In this document: positions 21,220 to 27,953 of the stretch, piece after piece
Numbering within the stretch: position 1 is the stretch's first letter
Layout: each line of letters starts with the position of its first letter
NCBI GenBank assembly: GCA_041687875.1
Contig: JBDNJH010000138.1
Span: 1-41,118 of the forward strand
Reading direction: 5' to 3'
From: Flavobacteriales bacterium
GTDB taxonomy: Bacteria > Bacteroidota > Bacteroidia > UBA10329
DNA: 41,118 nt
The notes under the pieces: generated by a model
The model's input: the letters and a program-made list of their open reading frames with translations, nothing else
The model's database searches: none
What the model was told of the DNA's origin: nothing
Made by a program: the position numbers and the translations under genes

Positions 21220-22100
21220 TTCGTAGGGTAGAAATAAACTTCCTTTCTCTTTTTAGAGAGTTTGCGATGCTCATGGTTTCCCTTGTAAGACCCGTAGAAT
21301 TGGCAGGTTCTGAAAATAAAGATGCTCAGAAAGTTGCCGGCCACCTTTTTTTGTTCCAATGCTTTAGAGAGGTCTGAAAAAACGCCAACGAAAACGTACC
21401 TGAAGAAGTCCCAGATAGATAGCTGTACTTCTGGCATGATGACCTGTAGAGCGATGGCTTCTCGTTCGTACCGGATTTTTACCTGCTTCCATTTTTCTTC
21501 GTGGATGTGGTAGACCGTGGCCTTTGAACAGTATGCAATTTTGCACCCTCTGTTGCACATTTCTTTCGACCAGAATATGTCTTCTAATCCGGTCAGTTCC
21601 TCGTCAAATGGGAGCTCGATCCAAAGACTTTTTCTGATGCATGAGTTGGCGTTGTTGCTGAAGAACCCTTCCTGCGGAATCTTATCATACTCTGGATAAT
21701 ATTTCGCGAAAATCTGGTGCTCGCTGAATTTTGTCGAGTCGGTTCCAATTTGCTTACCATAGGTCATGGCAATTTCTGGATTTTGGAAGGGGCTAACCAA
21801 ATTGTCAATCCATTGGCTATCCTTCGGAACACAATGACCGGATATAATCACCAGAAATTCTCCTTTCGCAGCCTCGCAACCGTAGTTGAGAGACCTCCCA
21901 AAAGTAAAATCCTTCTTTTTGATGTTAACGATTCTAACTTGAAAGGATCTTGCAATCTCCAAGGTTTTGTCTGTAGACCCAGAATCAACAATGACGGTTT
22001 CAATTTCATGAGTGGCGGTCTGTTCAGAAATCATCGAAAGGAGCTCCCGCAGGTGCTTCTCTTCGTTGAACGTTCGAATTACAATACTCACCAAGGCCAT
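21216..22100 (-). CDS. Glycosyltransferase family 2
   Basis: VSIVIRTFNEE, VDSGSTDKT, FTFGRSLNYG and FDEELTGLED. Confidence 0.92.
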   Translation of the reverse strand: MALVSIVIRTFNEEKHLRELLSMISEQTATHEIETVIVDSGSTDKTLEIARSFQVRIVNIKKKDFTFGRSLNYGCEAAKGEFLVIISGHCVPKDSQWIDNLVSPFQNPEIAMTYGKQIGTDSTKFSEHQIFAKYYPEYDKIPQEGFFSNNANSCIRKSLWIELPFDEELTGLEDIFWSKEMCNRGCKIAYCSKATVYHIHEEKWKQVKIRYEREAIALQVIMPEVQLSIWDFFRYVFVGVFSDLSKALEQKKVAGNFLSIFIFRTCQFYGSYKGNHEHRKLSKKRKEVYFYPTK

Positions 22101-22153
22101 TACTTACTTTTTTATCAAGGGTCAATCACGACAACGGAAGCACAAGGTATTAG

Positions 22154-23905
22154 TTACAATTTGACTTTTACAGCGATATTCAACTCCTTCAATTGAGCAT
22201 CATCGATTACCGAAGGCGAATCGATCATCATATCCCTTCCCGAGTTATTTTTTGGGAAAGCGATAAAGTCGCGGATGTCTTTTTGTCCGCCAAAGATGGC
22301 CGAAAGTCTGTCAAACCCAAAAGCGATGCCTCCGTGCGGTGGTGCCCCGAATTCAAAAGCATCCATCAAGAATCCAAACTGATTCTTTGCTTCTTCTTCG
22401 GTAAAGCCCAAAAGGTCGAACATGCGTTTTTGCTGGCCTTTGTCGTGAATTCGGATGGAGCCACCACCGAGCTCTGTTCCATTGATAACCAAATCATAGG
22501 CATTAGCACGAACCTTTCCTGGATCGTTGGCCATTAAATGAAGATCCTCAGGCTTGGCCGATGTGAACGGATGGTGCATAGCGTGGAAACGCTTGCTTTC
22601 CTCATCCCATTCCAACAACGGGAAGTTGACAACCCATAACGGAGCAAACTCCTGTGGATTCATCAATCCTTGCAATTCTGCAATATGAAGACGAAGCTCA
22701 GAAAGTTGCTTGCGCACTTTTTCCTCCGTTCCGGCCATTATAAAAATCAAGTCATTAGCTTCCGAATCGAATGCTTTACCCCAATCGGCTAGTTTGTCTT
22801 CGGCAAAGAATTTATCTACCGAACTTTTAAAGGTTTCATCCTCATTGTGACGGCAATAGATTAATCCTGTTGCACCAATCTGTGGTCGTTTTACGAAATC
22901 AGTAAAGCCATCAATCTGTTTTCTTGTGAATTCGTTTCCACCTTTCACGTTAATTCCGACTACCAATTCGGCTGAATCGAACACTCCGAAACCTTGTCCT
23001 TTCACCACATCGTTCAATTCTACGAATTGCATTCCGAAGCGGATATCTGGTTTGTCTGAACCGTACAACCGCATCGCATCGGCATATTCCATCCGAGGGA
23101 ATTCTTTCAGTTCAACGCCTTTCACGGTTTTGAACAGATGGCGCGTTAGCGATTCGAACATGTTCAGAATGTCTTCCTGCTCTACAAAAGCCATTTCGCA
23201 ATCCAATTGTGTGAATTCGGGCTGACGGTCGGCTCTCAAATCTTCATCGCGGAAGCACCTAACAATCTGATAGTATTTATCAAACCCAGAAACCATGAGC
23301 AATTGCTTGAAGGTTTGCGGGCTTTGCGGAAGGGCGTAGAATTGCCCAGCATTCATTCGAGACGGAACCACAAAATCTCGTGCTCCTTCGGGAGTGCTTT
23401 TGATGAGATAAGGCGTTTCTACCTCCAGAAATCCCTGCTCATCCATGAACTTTCTCGTTTCGATGGAAAGGCGATGACGAAGCTCCAAGTTCTTCCGCAT
23501 TTTTTGTCTGCGCAGGTCCAAATAGCGGTATTTCATTCTGATCTCCTCGCCACCATCAGTGTTGTCCTCAATGGTAAATGGAGGTGTTTTTGCAGCGTTC
23601 AGCACTTCAAGAGAAGAAACAATGATCTCTACATCGCCAGTAAGCATGTTCTTGTTCTTGCTTTCACGTTCGGCTACTTGTCCTTTTACCTTGATGACGA
23701 ATTCACGTCCCAAGCTGCGCGCTTTCATGCAAAGCTCTTTGTTCACCTCAAGGTTGAAGGCCAATTGCGTCATTCCATAACGATCGCGGAGATCAATGAA
23801 AGTCATTCCGCCAAGGTCGCGGCCACGTTGAACCCAACCGCTTAATGTCACTTCAGAACCAATGTGTTCTGCTCTTAATTCTCCGCAAGTATGTGAACGA
23901 TGCAT
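22154..23905 (-). CDS. aspS: Aspartate--tRNA ligase
   Basis: [56 protein letters not shown] and [15 protein letters not shown]. Confidence 0.98.
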   Translation of the reverse strand: MHRSHTCGELRAEHIGSEVTLSGWVQRGRDLGGMTFIDLRDRYGMTQLAFNLEVNKELCMKARSLGREFVIKVKGQVAERESKNKNMLTGDVEIIVSSLEVLNAAKTPPFTIEDNTDGGEEIRMKYRYLDLRRQKMRKNLELRHRLSIETRKFMDEQGFLEVETPYLIKSTPEGARDFVVPSRMNAGQFYALPQSPQTFKQLLMVSGFDKYYQIVRCFRDEDLRADRQPEFTQLDCEMAFVEQEDILNMFESLTRHLFKTVKGVELKEFPRMEYADAMRLYGSDKPDIRFGMQFVELNDVVKGQGFGVFDSAELVVGINVKGGNEFTRKQIDGFTDFVKRPQIGATGLIYCRHNEDETFKSSVDKFFAEDKLADWGKAFDSEANDLIFIMAGTEEKVRKQLSELRLHIAELQGLMNPQEFAPLWVVNFPLLEWDEESKRFHAMHHPFTSAKPEDLHLMANDPGKVRANAYDLVINGTELGGGSIRIHDKGQQKRMFDLLGFTEEEAKNQFGFLMDAFEFGAPPHGGIAFGFDRLSAIFGGQKDIRDFIAFPKNNSGRDMMIDSPSVIDDAQLKELNIAVKVKL

Positions 23906-23930
23906 TTTTGTGCTTAATTTTTTGAGCGCG

Positions 23931-23938
23931 CGAAGGTA
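23931..23938 (-). promoter_or_regulatory. Putative -7 promoter element of aspS, possibly also driving the minus-strand polysaccharide arm
   Basis: TACCTTCG followed by CGCGCTCAAAA, the same context as the cysC element. Confidence 0.5.
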
Positions 23939-23984
23939 AGGTCTTAAAGGGAAAAATGGGAAAGGAAAAAGGTAAAACGTTGAG

Positions 23985-24085
23985 CGTCATGACGAGGGAA
24001 GAATGACCGAAGTAATCTATTGATGGGATTGCCACACTTCCTTCGACAAAAGGTCAGGACAGGCAGTTCCTCGTTCGCGATGACG
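23985..24085. repeat. Degenerate REP/REPIN-like palindromic element between the divergent aspS and tadA genes
   Basis: Nested inverted arms CGTCAT...ATGACG, GACGAGGGAA...TTCCTCGTT and GTAATCT...GGATTGC. Resembles the GTCATTGCGAGG..GCAATCT / AGATTGC..CCTCGCAATGAC repeat type. Confidence 0.6.
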
Positions 24086-24101
24086 GTTACTCATGGCTCA
24101 C

Positions 24102-24109
24102 TACATTCG
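24102..24109 (+). promoter_or_regulatory. Putative -7 promoter element of tadA
   Basis: TACATTCG, 4 nt before ATG 24114. Confidence 0.5.
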
Positions 24110-24113
24110 CAGA

Positions 24114-24560
24114 ATGGAGTTGAGCATCTTTTCTGACGAACATTTTATGAAGGAAGCCTTGAAAGAGGCGCACAAGGCTTTTGATAAGGACGAAGTTCCC
24201 GTTGGAGTGGTGGTAGTGGCCAATAAACGCATCATTGCACGAGCGCATAATCTTACCGAAGTCTTGAATGACGTGACCGCCCATGCCGAAATGCAGGCCA
24301 TTACCTCAGCAGCCGATTACATTGGCGGCAAATACCTGAAAGGCTGCACCATTTACGTGACCTTAGAACCTTGCGTGATGTGTGCTGGTGCGCTTTTCTG
24401 GAGCCAAGTGGATAGCGTTGTCTTTGGCGCGGCAGATGAAAAACGTGGTTTCTCAACCGTTGGCAACCTCCTACATCCCAAAACAAAAGTGAAAGGAGGC
24501 GTGATGGCTGATGATTGTGCCGATTTGCTCAGATTGTTTTTTCAGAAGAAGAGGAAGTAA
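24114..24560 (+). CDS. tadA: tRNA-specific adenosine deaminase / nucleoside deaminase
   Basis: DEHFMKEAL, EVPVG, TAHAEM and TLEPCVMCAGA zinc motifs. Start placed at 24114 from the promoter position; the ORF extends to 24093. Confidence 0.88.
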   Translation: MELSIFSDEHFMKEALKEAHKAFDKDEVPVGVVVVANKRIIARAHNLTEVLNDVTAHAEMQAITSAADYIGGKYLKGCTIYVTLEPCVMCAGALFWSQVDSVVFGAADEKRGFSTVGNLLHPKTKVKGGVMADDCADLLRLFFQKKRK

Positions 24561-24592
24561 GGGGCATCGACAAAGCCCGCGCTACACACTGT

Positions 24593-24874
24593 TTAACTTT
24601 TTGGTCTGCGGCTGGTGTGAAAAACACTAAAAACCGTTACCGTATTATCATCTTCTGAAAAGAATACCACGAAAGGAAAGCCTCTCACCAATGCGTGCCG
24701 AAACGCGCCATACTTTATCTGAAACGATGTCGGTCTGGACGCAATGTCCGAATATGTTTCGTCCAATGAAGAGAGAAAGTGTTCACCAAGTCCAGCCAGT
24801 TTCTCCTCGTACCACAAGTATGCGTCAATCGTTTCTACTGATGCTTCTTGCCTGATAAATAGCGTGAAACTCAT
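24593..24874 (-). CDS. Type II toxin, RelE/ParE family
   Basis: 93 aa with DAYLWYEEKLAGLGEHF, FPFVVFF and VFSVFHTSRRP; ATGA overlap with the upstream antitoxin. Confidence 0.85.
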   Translation of the reverse strand: MSFTLFIRQEASVETIDAYLWYEEKLAGLGEHFLSSLDETYSDIASRPTSFQIKYGAFRHALVRGFPFVVFFSEDDNTVTVFSVFHTSRRPKS

Positions 24875-25101
24875 TTTTTCGCAGAGCGGGCCTGTTCTTT
24901 TACTTCTTCCCAGGAAAATGACCGTCCTTCTCCACTGTCAGCACGTGCTTTTCGTTCATCCAGAATTTTCTTATGCTCATCGGAGAGCTCAAAATTCTCA
25001 CTATCAGCTGACAGGATATTCTGAACCTTGACCAGCAACTCCTCGTTTTCGGTAAGCAATAATTGTTGCACCAATTCCAGTTTTATGGTTCTAACGTCCA
25101 T
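24871..25101 (-). CDS. Putative addiction-module antitoxin
   Basis: 76 aa with IKLELVQQLL, LSDEHKKILDERKA and SFSWEEVKE, typical of addiction module components paired with ParE-like toxins. Confidence 0.8.
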   Translation of the reverse strand: MDVRTIKLELVQQLLLTENEELLVKVQNILSADSENFELSDEHKKILDERKARADSGEGRSFSWEEVKEQARSAKK

Positions 25102-25173
25102 GTCAAGATCATTTTTAATGGCAATAAAGATAATGTTTATGGGAATTACGAGGGTCTTGGACGATTACACAGT

Positions 25174-25402
25174 TAGGGCAATCGCTTACTAATTTGATTG
25201 GCGAAAAACGATTAACGAACAGCGATTAACGATTTATGCCGATCGCAACGTTTAGAATGTTGATTGCTTTTACGGCATCTTATGATGTCCGTTGGTTGCG
25301 ACAATCGCAGTTCATCCGCCTCAGGCGGATCGTTTTTCGCCAATAGTTGAACCTGAAACCATATAAGTCACGAATACATAATTTTAGTAAGCGATTGCCC
25401 TA
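25174..25402. mobile_element. MITE (229 bp) with terminal inverted repeats and a 10-bp target-site duplication
   Basis: TAGGGCAATCGCTTACTAA (25174-25192) and TTAGTAAGCGATTGCCCTA (25384-25402) are perfect inverted repeats. The direct repeat ATTACACAGT flanks them at 25164-25173 and 25403-25412. No transposase inside. Confidence 0.88.
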
Positions 25403-25413
25403 ATTACACAGTT

Positions 25414-25527
25414 GGCTTTATCAAGGTTAGAAATCTTCTTCATCCTAAAACAAAAGTGAAAGGAGGCGTGATGGCTGATGATTGTGCCGATTTGCTCAGG
25501 CTGTTTTTTCAGAAGAAGCGGAAATAG
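25414..25527 (+). pseudogene. Duplicated 3' fragment of tadA (att-like direct repeat of 24447-24560)
   Basis: Encodes GFIKVRNLLHPKTKVKGGVMADDCADLLRLFFQKKRK*. A 53-bp core is identical (24480-24532 = 25447-25499); the offset is 967 bp. Confidence 0.92.
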
Positions 25528-25678
25528 TTGACGACTCTCCTGCCATCAATCATTTCAGCATCTGATAAGAAGGTCGGTGGCACTTGCGCACCTGTGTCGT
25601 AAACGGATCGTGTTCTGTTCCACACAAGAGAATATTTTGAACCGTTGCACCTGCCTATGTTAGCTGTGTACATTACGG

Positions 25679-25708
25679 GCACGCGTTACAGAAAGGCTAA
25701 ACGCGCGC
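25679..25708. repeat. Short REP-like hairpin
   Basis: GCACGCGTT...AACGCGCGC inverted arms with one mismatch, followed by TATCGGG. Confidence 0.4.
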
Positions 25709-25784
25709 TATCGGGAGCGAAGGCGAGGGATGGTCTCCTGACCATGGAAGCCTGCTAGGTGTACACCACCGCAAGGGCAGTATT

Positions 25785-26003
25785 TCAGGAAGCTAATCTG
25801 GTTTTGCCGATAGGCACAGCGTTCATCTCCATGAAACTCAGGTCGAGTATTTTGGATGCGTGCTGAATATCAACCCCAGTGATGTTTCCGTCCTTATCAA
25901 AGTCTAGCACCACACCTTCTCTCACCTCTTCAGAATCTACACTTGCAGCACTACTGAAATCGATGTAAAGCGAATCTGTTTCTGAATGATAATTGATTTT
26001 CAT
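25785..26003 (-). CDS. DUF2283 family protein (putative antitoxin)
   Basis: MKINYHSETDSLYIDF...SEEVREGVVLDFDKDGNITGVDIQHASK pattern. Confidence 0.85.
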   Translation of the reverse strand: MKINYHSETDSLYIDFSSAASVDSEEVREGVVLDFDKDGNITGVDIQHASKILDLSFMEMNAVPIGKTRLAS

Positions 26004-26230
26004 GATCTATAATTTCTGTCCATAAATGCATTGTGAATAGTTTCTCCGTCTTCCAGAACTACCACTCGTATAAACTTATCGAATTCCTTGACATAACCCC
26101 AGTATCTAATCCTTCCGTCTTCTTGAATTTCGGTACTTAGTGGTTTGGCAACCACCCTTTCACACATTTCTTTACTCAAGTACGTCCGTTTGGCCAACAC
26201 CTGTTCTTCAAAATAACGCGTTGTCTTCAA
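26000..26230 (-). CDS. Small RelE/BrnT/DUF4258-like protein (putative toxin partner of DUF2283)
   Basis: 76 aa with QEDGRIRYWG and IRVVVLEDGETIHNAF; ATGA overlap with the DUF2283 gene; upstream TATCTTCG element at 26246-26253. Confidence 0.7.
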   Translation of the reverse strand: MKTTRYFEEQVLAKRTYLSKEMCERVVAKPLSTEIQEDGRIRYWGYVKEFDKFIRVVVLEDGETIHNAFMDRNYRS

Positions 26231-26457
26231 TACTTAATGTTTACACGAAGATAAGCATACAACCCAAATACCTTGCGGGTCATAGCTATATGATGGTCGG
26301 TAATTCCTTCCAAAGAAAGGCCACTATGTAACCGAAGCATACTGGTGTGAGCTGCTGCAAACCAAGCAATCTCGCTATAGCGAGCCGTTCTTCAGGGAAG
26401 CTGGGGGAACGTAGCCACACAAGAAATCCTTCGGAACTCTTGCTAAGGGAGACGACT

Positions 26458-26688
26458 CTAAATTCTCCCCGTAAACTTGAGGCACAGTATCGCAATACTC
26501 AAAACCAAAGCGCCAATTGCCCCAATCCATCCATTGATTGCCCCTTGAAGTGGATCAATTGTTCGCATTATCATTGGCCGCTTAATGTTATTATAAATCA
26601 TATAAACCCCTAAGAGGAACCACACTGAGGCACCGATATAACTCGTTGTAAGAAAACGAAGAATAGTAAATAATTCATCAGCCATCAC
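26458..26688 (-). CDS. Small two-TM protein, putative Rhs immunity protein
   Basis: 76 aa with two hydrophobic helices; overlaps the stop of the Rhs C-terminal frame. Confidence 0.55.
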   Translation of the reverse strand: MMADELFTILRFLTTSYIGASVWFLLGVYMIYNNIKRPMIMRTIDPLQGAINGWIGAIGALVLSIAILCLKFTGRI

Positions 26689-27493
26689 TTTTCTTCTTTT
26701 TCCTCGATAAACTCAAGTGAAGAGTCCTTTGCTTTTTCAACACCTTTATCTAGCCCGAATTTCGTTGTTAGTTCTACAGCTTTCTCAATGTTTGTTGGGC
26801 TTCCCAACAAACGAGGCAAAACAGTTTGTGATTTCTTAAATGATTGTTCAATAAATTCTGACCCTTTTCGGCTAACGACTGCACTGAGAACCCTCACCGC
26901 CCCCTTGAGTAACGCAGTTTGAGAATCTCCATTCTTAAATTCAAGTCCAGTCTTTATTGCGTCCGAACCAACGGTTAGAAGCTCTCCAACAGGAGTAAAC
27001 CAGATTTATCTCCTATCGACCCAATTGCGTCACCGTAGTACTTAAGCCCCTGTTCTCCTTCGAGGTCGTTATTTGCGACAAAGTTCCAATAGTCGCTCAT
27101 GTCTACCTTGTACCCCATATCGTGGGTCTTGCCTGCATCATCAATGTAGTAATCCTGCGTTCCTATTCCTTTTGGCCCTGCAAAATTCCAGTTGTATGGT
27201 CGGTCCTTATGATTTTCTATTCGAATCTTGCATTCTCCCGTTTCCATATCCGTCCAGCGATAGCGGTATCTGCTTTCAAGACCTTCAAGCTCGATGGCAT
27301 TTATGACCATATTCTCACTGAACGCATAAGGTGAATTCCAAGGATATTCCCTTTCTAACGGATCAGTAGCGAAAAACCTACCTATGCGTGGGTCGTGCAT
27401 TCGATACTTGTAATTCAGACTATTCCCGTTCCCTTTTACCTCATCATCCTTCTCTTGTCCTTGGAAGCCGAATCTGTATCCACCCGTTATCAT
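26685..27493 (-). pseudogene. Orphan Rhs core plus C-terminal toxin module, frameshifted near 27005
   Basis: YRFGFQGQEKDDE, YRMHDPRIGRFFATDPL and SPYAFSENMVINAIELEGL form the Rhs-associated core. The reading continues in another frame as IWFTPVGELLTVGSDAIKTG...EEKEEK*. Confidence 0.8.
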
Positions 27494-27567
27494 GCTTGAA
27501 AGGTAACTGAAAAACAGGAAATCCCGTCCTAAGGTTTTAGAGGCCACCATGCAAAATGAGAAGGTCT

Positions 27568-27887
27568 ATCCTCAAACGCGGATGCCAGTAAAAAACGTTC
27601 CGAAGGCACATCCCTAAACGCGGATGCCAGTAAAAAACGTTCCGAAGGCACATCCTCAAACGCGGATGCCAGTAAATATCTTTCTGAAGGCACATCCCTA
27701 AATGCGGATGCCAGTAAAAAACGTTCCGAAGGCACATCCCTAAACGCGGATGCTAGTAAAAAACGTTCCGAAGGCACATCCTCAAACGCGGATGCCAGTA
27801 AAAAACATTCCGAAGGCACATCCCTAAACGTGGATGCCAGTAAATATCTTTCCGAAGACACATCCCCAAATGCGGATGCCCGTAAAT
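27568..27887. repeat. 42-bp tandem repeat, about 7.6 copies
   Basis: Consensus ATCCCTAAACGCGGATGCCAGTAAAAAACGTTCCGAAGGCAC. Units start at 27568, 27610, 27652, 27694, 27736, 27778, 27820 and 27862 (partial). No spacers. Confidence 0.96.
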
Positions 27888-27920
27888 AAAAAAGCCGCCC
27901 CAATTTCTTGGAGCGGCTTT
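27888..27920 (-). terminator. Rho-independent terminator of the M16 peptidase gene
   Basis: Minus strand AAAGCCGCTCCAA-GAAA-TTGGGGCGGCTTT followed by further T residues, about 30 nt after the stop. Confidence 0.8.
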
Positions 27921-27953
27921 CTGAAAGGGCGTGATACATCTAGCCCTAACCGT

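Noticed and set aside
23207-23845. Long antisense ORFs (212 aa opposite aspS, 186 aa at 19351-19911, 175 aa at 31665-32192 and others)
   Set aside because: They are shadows of well-supported genes on the other strand and carry no motifs.
25513-25673. Roughly 54-aa minus-strand ORF (MYTANIGRC...)
   Set aside because: No recognisable motif, and it runs antisense into the tadA duplicate.
26376-26420. Group II intron domain V (GAGCCGT... hairpin)
   Set aside because: The stem does not fit domain V geometry, and there is no domain VI or reverse transcriptase remnant.
27568-27887. CRISPR array
   Set aside because: Units are contiguous with no unique spacers, and no cas genes are present.
27529-27939. 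136-aa repeat ORF (and the 66-aa ORF in another frame) as real genes
   Set aside because: They stay open because the 42-bp unit lacks stops in those frames, and the longer one crosses the M16 terminator. There is no independent evidence of coding.
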